In this document: one piece after another, positions 58,043 through 64,000 of the stretch | Numbering within the stretch: position 1 is the stretch's first letter | How the letters are laid out: each line of letters opens with the position of its first letter | Source: Clostridia bacterium | Lineage (GTDB): Bacteria; Bacillota; Clostridia; Lutisporales; Lutisporaceae | Length of the DNA stretch: 64,000 nt | Direction: 5' to 3' | Assembly (NCBI GenBank): GCA_035627615.1 | Contig: DASPLL010000087.1 | Location: forward strand, 413-64,412 | The notes under the pieces: model-generated | Told to the model about the DNA's origin: nothing | The model's database searches: none | Seen by the model: the letters and a program-made list of their open reading frames with translations, nothing else | Made by a program: the position numbers and the translations under genes

Positions 58043-58074
58043 ATAAAAAAAGGGCAGCCAGTATTCTGGCTGCC
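58043..58074 (-). terminator. Rho-independent terminator of the SLH-protein gene
   Basis: Stem ggcagccag / ctggctgcc. On the minus strand it is followed by a T8 run. Confidence 0.85.
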
Positions 58075-58102
58075 AGGGAAGTTGGATATACCTTGGTATC
58101 TA

Positions 58103-60331
58103 TTATTCTTTTTCTATCTCAACTAATTCTCCGTTGGAGAATTTCAGAGTCAGCTCATCGTTCACCCTGAGGTCTTCAACCCTTGCAGTTTCATCGTCGA
58201 TGACTACCTTGACATCTGAAGCTACTGTATAAGTCTTGCTTGAGCTGCCAACCTTCAAAGTGATTTTCTTTTCAGTACTGATGCTTATTCCTGTAAGCGT
58301 GCCTTCAACTTCTGTCAGGTTATCCTCTGCAACAACCTTTGTAACTCTTTCATCAATTATTTCTATTTCTACTGTCATACCTTTTTCAAGGTCAGAGAAA
58401 TTCTCATCTTTATCATCGTTTACTGTTATTTCCGCATCATCTGGTATCGAGGGGGTAACAACAGAGCCGTTTGATTTTTTCACTTTTATTGTTTCGCTGC
58501 TTGTATTGAGTGAGTCTATGATTCCTTCAACAGTCACTGCTTCGTCCAGTTCAACGATTTTTATTTCAGACAGCTTGTTGTTATCCTCATCGACAAATCT
58601 TACTGTATCAATATTGTTGAAATTCTTGAATCTTACAACACTGTAAGGGTATGTTACAGCCTGAGTGCTGCTGGAACCTGAGGCCGGGTTTTCAGTATCA
58701 ACTACAGCCTTTATTGTATATTTGCTGCCGTTCTGCAGCTTATATACATCTTCTATGTCAATTTCATAACCACCGGTATTCTTTTTACCCATTGCAGCTA
58801 TTAGGTAGATATAGTTATCATACTCATAGGCCTTATAACTCTTGTTAAGCTTGAGGTAGTCAATCTGATCCTTCAACCTGCTGGACAGATCACTGTAATC
58901 AACTGCTTCGAAAGAAACTTCATTTTCTTCTGTCTCATCAACATCTGTGATCTCCACATCATCAAGCTCATCATCTTCATCATCAACGAATATTACATTC
59001 TCTATATCGTCAAAGCCCTTGAATTTCACCACGCTGTATGGATAGGTAACTGACTGGGTCACAAAGGAATTTGATGACGGTTCGTCGATATCGACTACTG
59101 CCTTAATTGTGTATTCGTCGTCGTTTTCAACCCTATATACCTTTTCAATATCTATATCATAGCCACCGGTATTTTTTTTGCCCATTGCAGCCAGAAGATA
59201 TATATAACCGTTATATTCATAAGCTTCATAGTTTTCTGCGGACTTAAGGTCATCTACCTCATCCTTGAGTACCTGGGGAAGACTATTGTAGCTTACATTG
59301 CTGAATGATACTTCTGTTTCTTCAGTGTCATCATTATCATCAGCATCTTTCACAACTTCAATGAATATTACTTCTTTATCATCGTTTAATGTAAGCTGGA
59401 GAATGTCTCCTTCTACAAGGTCCTCAATAGTTTCAAATGATCCGTCCCTGTAAACCTGAACATCTTCAAGCACTTCATAAGTAACGGTGCTTCCTTTAAC
59501 CTTCACAGTGATTTCGTTGTCATCAGCATCAGCCGATACAAATACTGTGCCGTTCTTTTTATTTTCAGTATCCGTAAGATCAAACTTACCTTCTGCCCTA
59601 TCGAGCAGTACTGCCATTTCAGCTCTTGTTACAGGTTCATTGGGCTTGAAATTGTTATCGTTACCGGTCATTATTTTCAGCTCGTTTACGAGATACACAT
59701 AACCGACTGATCCTTCCGGTATTGCATTACTATCCTTGAAGGACAGGTCTTCATCCATATGCTCCAGAGCTTCTTCAGTCTTTCCCATTGCCCTTATGAT
59801 GTACTTTGCAATTTCGTGACGTTTTGCCGGTTTGTTGGGATTAAAGTCCTTTAGTTCCTCAGGAAGCAGAATTCCCTTTTCTATGGCAATATATATATAT
59901 CCATAGCCCCAAAGAGGCATTACACCCTTATAATATGGGTGAACCTTTTTGCCTAAGCTTTCGGCTTCCTTGGCATCTCCGGTGAGTCTCATCACCATTG
60001 CCAGGGCTTCTACATGAGTGGTATTATTCCTTGGCGCGAACTTGCCCTGGCCTATACCTCCCAGGATTCCTTTACCGGTCATCTTTTCTATGGCATTCAG
60101 AGCCCAGGTAATGTTAGCGCAATCATCAAATTTGTATTTTTTTTCATTGTCTTTCTTGTCTTTCTCCTTATCCTTTGAATTCCCATTGCCTTTGCCGGGA
60201 TTCATGAACTTTACAGATACCTTTGCACCTGCGGCAGCCTTATTAAAATCTGCGGCAAAAACTGTAGTTGTTAAGGAAGAGAGTGTGAATACTACTGCAA
60301 TTCCTAGTGACATCAACTTTTTCTTCAACAT
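58103..60331 (-). CDS. Secreted S-layer-homology (SLH) domain protein with two tandem PrcB_C-like modules
   Basis: Signal peptide (..TTTVFA|AD) and a K/D/N-rich linker. Three SLH repeats (aa ~70-245). Two ~130-aa repeats (aa 340-470 and 471-585) contain AAMGKKNTGGY-IDIE, followed by beta-rich C-terminal repeats. Confidence 0.85.
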   Translation of the reverse strand: MLKKKLMSLGIAVVFTLSSLTTTVFAADFNKAAAGAKVSVKFMNPGKGNGNSKDKEKDKKDNEKKYKFDDCANITWALNAIEKMTGKGILGGIGQGKFAPRNNTTHVEALAMVMRLTGDAKEAESLGKKVHPYYKGVMPLWGYGYIYIAIEKGILLPEELKDFNPNKPAKRHEIAKYIIRAMGKTEEALEHMDEDLSFKDSNAIPEGSVGYVYLVNELKIMTGNDNNFKPNEPVTRAEMAVLLDRAEGKFDLTDTENKKNGTVFVSADADDNEITVKVKGSTVTYEVLEDVQVYRDGSFETIEDLVEGDILQLTLNDDKEVIFIEVVKDADDNDDTEETEVSFSNVSYNSLPQVLKDEVDDLKSAENYEAYEYNGYIYLLAAMGKKNTGGYDIDIEKVYRVENDDEYTIKAVVDIDEPSSNSFVTQSVTYPYSVVKFKGFDDIENVIFVDDEDDELDDVEITDVDETEENEVSFEAVDYSDLSSRLKDQIDYLKLNKSYKAYEYDNYIYLIAAMGKKNTGGYEIDIEDVYKLQNGSKYTIKAVVDTENPASGSSSTQAVTYPYSVVRFKNFNNIDTVRFVDEDNNKLSEIKIVELDEAVTVEGIIDSLNTSSETIKVKKSNGSVVTPSIPDDAEITVNDDKDENFSDLEKGMTVEIEIIDERVTKVVAEDNLTEVEGTLTGISISTEKKITLKVGSSSKTYTVASDVKVVIDDETARVEDLRVNDELTLKFSNGELVEIEKE
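58577..59314 (-). repeat. Intragenic tandem duplication (2 x ~390 bp) encoding the two PrcB_C-like modules
   Basis: EVSFSNVSYNSLPQVLKDEVDDLKSAENYEAYEYNGYIYLLAAMGKKNTGGYDIDIEKVY aligns with EVSFEAVDYSDLSSRLKDQIDYLKLNKSYKAYEYDNYIYLIAAMGKKNTGGYEIDIEDVY. Confidence 0.85.
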
Positions 60332-60521
60332 AAGATTTCCTCCTCATCTCTTTCCACAAAGTGTTGGTTTTGTGTTTGATATAAAATTCGCAAGCAAATT
60401 ATGAATTTAGGGAGTAATTTGAAAAAAAGTTAAAAATAATTTTTTTGTTAATAAAATAAAAGAAGGTGAAACATACGCTAAATATGGGATGACTGTACAG
60501 CTTACAGATATTTTTACTGTA

Positions 60522-60550
60522 TTGACAACGATTCTTTATTATGCTATCTT
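60522..60550 (+). promoter_or_regulatory. Sigma-A promoter candidate of the pyr operon
   Basis: TTGACA, 17-nt spacer, TATCTT with an upstream TG (tgctatctt). This places the TSS about 10 nt before the first PyrR box. Confidence 0.55.
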
Positions 60551-60565
60551 AAATACAAAGATAAC

Positions 60566-60595
60566 CTTTAATTTAGTCCTGTGAGGCTAGTAAGG
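60566..60595 (+). promoter_or_regulatory. PyrR binding loop 1 (anti-antiterminator)
   Basis: ctttaatttAGTCCTGTGAGGCTAGTAAGG resembles the PyrR site (..AGUCCAGAGAGGCU..AAGG). Confidence 0.75.
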
Positions 60596-60625
60596 TGTTG
60601 GTTGATAGTACTTATGGTTAAGTCT

Positions 60626-60660
60626 AACCTTCATGCCCGCAGGCGTGGAGGTTTTTTATT
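60626..60660 (+). terminator. PyrR-controlled attenuator terminator
   Basis: Stem aaccttcatgcc / ggcgtggaggtt (12 bp including G-U pairs) followed by tttttatt. Confidence 0.7.
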
Positions 60661-60696
60661 GTATAGGAAAGTTGCACTTTCCTATACAATAAAAAA
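60652..60696. repeat. Perfect 20-bp inverted repeat (5-nt spacer) overlapping the attenuator T-tract
   Basis: ttttttattgtataggaaag (60652-60671) and ctttcctatacaataaaaaa (60677-60696) are exact reverse complements. Confidence 0.9.
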
Positions 60697-60803
60697 GCTT
60701 GATTTAAATGCCCGTGCCAGAATTTCCTCATTACATTCGGAAAAGGCACATGGGCTTCAAATGCGGCTGTGCCGCATTTGAAATGTATAAAATGCACCGT
60801 AAC

Positions 60804-60836
60804 CTTTAAATAATAGTCCTGTGAGACTAAGAAGGA
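60804..60836 (+). promoter_or_regulatory. PyrR binding loop 2, overlapping the pyrB Shine-Dalgarno sequence
   Basis: ctttaaataatAGTCCTGTGAGACTAAGAAGGAGG. The AAGGAGG part is the pyrB RBS (ATG at 60847). No terminator follows. Confidence 0.7.
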
Positions 60837-60846
60837 GGAAAGTTAC

Positions 60847-61791
60847 ATGGGTTTAAAAGGAAGACATTTAATTGACCCCAATGACTTCAGCCTGGAGGAG
60901 CTTAATGAAGTCTTCAACCTGGCAGACAAAATGGTGGAGGATAGGGAGGCTTTTGGCAGCATCTGCAAGGGCAAGATCCTGGGAACACTTTTTTATGAAC
61001 CAAGTACAAGAACAAGACTAAGCTTTGAGTCAGCAATGCTCAGGATGGGAGGTACTGTCCTCGGATTTTCGGATGCCAGCACAAGCTCGGTATCAAAGGG
61101 TGAAAGCATAGCGGATACCATACGTGTACTGAGTACTTATGCAGATGTTGTGGTTATGAGACATCCGAAGGAAGGGGCGCCAAAGCTTGCTTCAGAGTTT
61201 TCTTCCGTACCAGTTATAAACGGGGGAGACGGAGGGCATCAGCATCCTACACAAACATTGACAGACCTGCTTACAATAAGACGCTTTAAAGGGACCCTGG
61301 AAAACCAGAAAATAGCCTTCTGCGGTGACCTTAAATTCGGAAGGACGGTTCATTCCCTGATAAGTGCGATGTCAAGATATAAAGGTTCAAGCTTCGTGCT
61401 TGTATCGCCTGCTGAGCTCAGACTGCCGGAGCATCTGAAACTCAGCCTTACTGAAAAGTATGGTGTTACTATTTATGAGACTGAAAATCTTGAGGAAGTT
61501 ATTAACCAGGTTGATGTGCTGTACATGACGAGAATACAAAAAGAAAGATTCTTTAACGAAGCAGATTATATGAGGCTTAAGGACAGCTATATATTAAGCA
61601 GAAACAAGCTTAAGAATGCAAAAGAGGATATGCTGGTCATGCATCCCCTGCCAAGGGTCAATGAAATAAGCTATGACGTGGATGCCGACAAGAGGGCGGT
61701 CTATTTCAAACAGGCTGAATACGGGATATATGTAAGAATGGCGCTGATGGCGCTTTTATTGGGGGTGAATGTCAATGTTAACGGTAAATAG
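60847..61791 (+). CDS. pyrB: Aspartate carbamoyltransferase catalytic subunit
   Basis: [13 protein letters not shown] and HPLPR motifs. Confidence 0.96.
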   Translation: MGLKGRHLIDPNDFSLEELNEVFNLADKMVEDREAFGSICKGKILGTLFYEPSTRTRLSFESAMLRMGGTVLGFSDASTSSVSKGESIADTIRVLSTYADVVVMRHPKEGAPKLASEFSSVPVINGGDGGHQHPTQTLTDLLTIRRFKGTLENQKIAFCGDLKFGRTVHSLISAMSRYKGSSFVLVSPAELRLPEHLKLSLTEKYGVTIYETENLEEVINQVDVLYMTRIQKERFFNEADYMRLKDSYILSRNKLKNAKEDMLVMHPLPRVNEISYDVDADKRAVYFKQAEYGIYVRMALMALLLGVNVNVNGK

Positions 61792-62206
61792 CATAAACTG
61801 CGGAATAGTCATAGACCATATAACTGCCGGCAACGGTATAAAGATATTTGAGAAGCTCAAGCTCGATCAGGTCAATTTTCCTGTGGTGCTTCTTATAAAT
61901 GTACCGAGCAGCAAGCATGGAAGGAAGGATATAATCAAGATAGAGAACAAGATAGATGTGGACCTTACCATGCTGGGACTCATTGACCCGAACATAACTG
62001 TAAACATTATTGAAAACGACAAGATAGTCAATAAGATGAATATCAGCATACCCAAAGAGGTGACAGGTCTGTTCAAATGCAAGAACCCCAGATGTGTCAG
62101 CAATTTTGACGAGTATGTGAGCCCCAAATTCAAGCTTGCTTACGCAAATGGCAAGATACACTACCGCTGTAGCTATTGTGAGGAACTGACGTCTTATACG
62201 ATATAG
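61769..62206 (+). CDS. pyrI: Aspartate carbamoyltransferase regulatory subunit
   Basis: GIVIDHI... and a C-terminal zinc domain (CKNPRCVSN...YRCSYCE). Overlaps the pyrB end. The start is ATG 61769 or 61775. Confidence 0.93.
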   Translation: MSMLTVNSINCGIVIDHITAGNGIKIFEKLKLDQVNFPVVLLINVPSSKHGRKDIIKIENKIDVDLTMLGLIDPNITVNIIENDKIVNKMNISIPKEVTGLFKCKNPRCVSNFDEYVSPKFKLAYANGKIHYRCSYCEELTSYTI

Positions 62207-62210
62207 ATTA

Positions 62211-62290
62211 GATGCGAGATACGGGGTACGAGGCTGCGGGGCTGCGAGGCTGCGAGGTTTCGGGGCTGCGGGGTTTTGAGATGGGCTACG
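62211..62290. repeat. GC-rich 8-bp-period tandem repeat (about 10 units, consensus TGCGRGGY)
   Basis: Units gatgcgag atacgggg tacgaggc tgcggggc tgcgaggc tgcgaggt ttcggggc tgcggggt tttgagat gggctacg. Shares gaggctgcgaggctgcgag with 57931..57956. Confidence 0.85.
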
Positions 62291-62302
62291 GAGTAAATAA
62301 GG

Positions 62303-62338
62303 AATCCCAGGATGTGATGTCCTGGGATTTAATTTTTT
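62303..62338. terminator. Terminator between the convergent pyrI and DUF3870-like genes
   Basis: Stem aatcccagga / tcctgggatt followed by taatttttt on the plus strand. Confidence 0.8.
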
Positions 62339-62350
62339 GATTTTTATATA

Positions 62351-62683
62351 TCAATCTACATAAAAGTCGCCGTTTTCACAGATCTGTCTGTATTTTTCCG
62401 TGCAGTTCCTGATCGCCGATATTATTGCCTTTCTGGCACTGCCGTAATAATATTCTTTGAATTTATCCTCTATGGCTTCCTGGTCGTTCAGTGTACAGCC
62501 GGTCAGAAGCTCCTTCACAAACTTCCTTGTAAGCTCGGTCGCCAGTGAGCAATCAGCATCTACAATCAAGCCGGTCTGTTTTTCTACAACTATTACTACT
62601 GCAATTACCGAATACAATTCCTGTGCTGTGATTCCCTGCGGAAGCCTTGCATAACCTGTGATGAGTATTCTGCTGTTCTCCAT
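62351..62683 (-). CDS. Small conserved hypothetical protein (possibly DUF3870 family)
   Basis: 110 aa. ILITGYARLPQGITAQELYSVIAVVIVVEKQTGLIVDADCSLATELTRKFV. The family name is from memory and unverified. Confidence 0.55.
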   Translation of the reverse strand: MENSRILITGYARLPQGITAQELYSVIAVVIVVEKQTGLIVDADCSLATELTRKFVKELLTGCTLNDQEAIEDKFKEYYYGSARKAIISAIRNCTEKYRQICENGDFYVD

Positions 62684-62742
62684 AAGCGCCCTCCCCTATA
62701 TTTATAAATGGGATGCTTATATTATAGCATAACTGCTTTCTG

Positions 62743-64000
62743 TTACATAGGGAGGATATACATTACTATTGTAAACAAAACCATGCCCAACAGTGCAAAG
62801 GGATAAGTGGCTCCATAGCCCGCAGCAGGGTCGTCGCTTCCAACGGCATCTATGGCTGCTCCAAGTCCGGGTGTGGAGGTCATGCCTCCGCAGATGGCTC
62901 CCGACAGCATGATCCAGTTGATTTTAAAAATATATCTGCCCACAAGGAATCCGGACATAATTGCGGCAAATCCGACAACCAGTGAAATAACAACAAGATA
63001 TGCGCCTGAAGCGGCAAGGGCTTCAAATACCTTATAACCGTATTTCAGGCCTACTATGGCAAGGAAGAAAGCAAGGGACACCTGCCGGATGACGCCTAGT
63101 ATCTTACTGTTCATTCTGAAACAGACAAACCCGATTCTGCCGATATATCCGAGAATCAAAGAACCAATGAGAGCACCACCGGTCGCACTCAGGCTGAAAT
63201 CCTTGAAGCCTATTGCACCAAGCTTGATGACGACCAGGCCTATTGTATAGCCGAATATACATGCGATGATGAAAGCCAGCAGATCAAAGTCAACTTCTTT
63301 GATCTCCTTTACCGGGGAAGAGGCTCTTGCCTCCGCCATCTCCCTGCTGAAGGCCGCCTTTTCAGCTTCCACATCTATCTTGAAGATCATAGGGAAGAAG
63401 GTAACTGTAAAAATAACAATCAATACTCCAAAGGCGTAAGTAATCGCATAGCCCGTACCGACACCAGCCTCAGCATTTATGACAAACTGTTTTTTCTGTT
63501 CTTCCGTAAGCGATGTTACGGTTGAAGGCTCCAGGTTCTTATCTATGATCGATATGATCTCCGCAGCTTCATAAGTATCAGAAGGATTAAAAGCAGCAAC
63601 CCGCTTTGACGCCTGCACATGTGCTGTTTCAATAGCTGCTGCGAGGCCCGGAGAGCTGGTCAATGCTCCGGTATATACACCTGTAATTTCATAGGGATTC
63701 GCATCCTCCATGAAAAGAGTCATGCCATAAGTTGCTGCAGCACCTATGAAGGTGATCAGAACACCAAGCAGGATGAATTTTGCACCATACTTTCTGATTA
63801 CAAGGTTCAGATCCTTGGCAGCCAATAACCCGACAGCTACGACAAACAACACTAAAAACATGGTAAAGAAGCCGTTGTCAATGACTCCTGAATTTATCAG
63901 CTTTTGTGCTGCTCTGTGTGATTTATCCTCTGCGGATATCCCGGCGGCAAATCCGTAAATGAACCAGCCTATGACGAGTCCTGTGAACAGAGCACCCGAA
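62743..64000 (-). CDS. AAE-family (YidE/YbjL, Asp-Al_Ex) transporter; the 5' end lies outside the window
   Basis: The minus-strand frame stays open from 63861 to base 64000 (..GALFTGLVIGWFIYGFAAG..). Duplicated motifs GALTSSPGLAAAIE and GGMTSTPGLGAAID. Confidence 0.8.
   Translation of the reverse strand, partial: SGALFTGLVIGWFIYGFAAGISAEDKSHRAAQKLINSGVIDNGFFTMFLVLFVVAVGLLAAKDLNLVIRKYGAKFILLGVLITFIGAAATYGMTLFMEDANPYEITGVYTGALTSSPGLAAAIETAHVQASKRVAAFNPSDTYEAAEIISIIDKNLEPSTVTSLTEEQKKQFVINAEAGVGTGYAITYAFGVLIVIFTVTFFPMIFKIDVEAEKAAFSREMAEARASSPVKEIKEVDFDLLAFIIACIFGYTIGLVVIKLGAIGFKDFSLSATGGALIGSLILGYIGRIGFVCFRMNSKILGVIRQVSLAFFLAIVGLKYGYKVFEALAASGAYLVVISLVVGFAAIMSGFLVGRYIFKINWIMLSGAICGGMTSTPGLGAAIDAVGSDDPAAGYGATYPFALLGMVLFTIVMYILPM

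Noticed and set aside
60581-60781. 66-aa ORF in the pyrB leader
   Set aside because: It starts inside PyrR box 1 and runs through the attenuator terminator and the palindromes. It has no RBS. The region is better explained as structured leader RNA.

Overview
This 64-kb chromosomal window comes from a low-GC, spore-forming anaerobic Firmicute, probably class Clostridia. Supporting markers are ylmC/ymxH, a spoVB-like flippase, an SLH wall protein, the anaerobic RNR operon nrdR-nrdD-nrdG, a PPi-type PFK, the yqxD-dnaG-sigA block and the trmK-nif3-zinc ribbon-rnpB block. I can support about 60 protein genes, 2 tRNAs, RNase P RNA, about ten intrinsic terminators and several operators (BirA, NrdR, two PyrR boxes, a LacI/cre-type site). 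I see no CRISPR array, no transposase, integrase or phage genes, and no rRNA.

Gene blocks in order:
(1) 1-12.0 kb: a LuxR regulator, then a c-di-GMP/chemoreceptor cluster of HD-GYP, CheW, three MCPs, a GGDEF cyclase, a second CheW and a deleted GGDEF paralog. No CheA or CheY is present.
(2) 12.2-17.6 kb: ylmC, nrdR-nrdD-nrdG, a GNAT and a DUF2935-like gene.
(3) 17.9-25.2 kb: a Tad/Flp type IVb pilus locus.
(4) 25.2-30.1 kb: bioY with a BirA operator, an SBP-PAS-GGDEF-EAL protein and gdhA.
(5) 30.7-34.7 kb: a selenocysteine (in-frame TGA) formate dehydrogenase plus a fused FeS/flavin partner.
(6) 34.7-45 kb: housekeeping genes (rsuA-like, ArsR-like, dGTPase, yqxD, dnaG, sigA, tRNA-Asn, tRNA-CAT, trmK, nif3, zinc ribbon, rnpB).
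(7) 45.2-55 kb: LacI, HAD, an Afu/Fbp-type ABC importer, a Cof HAD, PiT, PPi-PFK and DUF47.
(8) 55-60.3 kb: envelope genes (O-antigen-ligase-like, spoVB-like, SLH protein).
(9) 60.5-62.2 kb: the PyrR-controlled pyrBI operon.
(10) 62.3-64 kb: a DUF3870-like gene and a truncated AAE-family transporter.

I found no single clear novel system. The items most worth a second look are:
- the recoded Sec-FDH with its unusual fused HydB/HydG-like partner;
- the mosaic (gene-conversion-like) MCP pair, each followed by a mini-ORF that mimics an MCP C-terminal helix;
- the 2148-bp DGC-CheW tandem duplication with an in-frame deletion remnant;
- a GC-rich 8-bp-period repeat family at two loci, each just downstream of a minus-strand terminator;
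- the pyr leader, which has two PyrR boxes and a perfect 20-bp palindrome that uses the attenuator T-tract.

All family assignments rest on motif recognition by eye. No database search was run.
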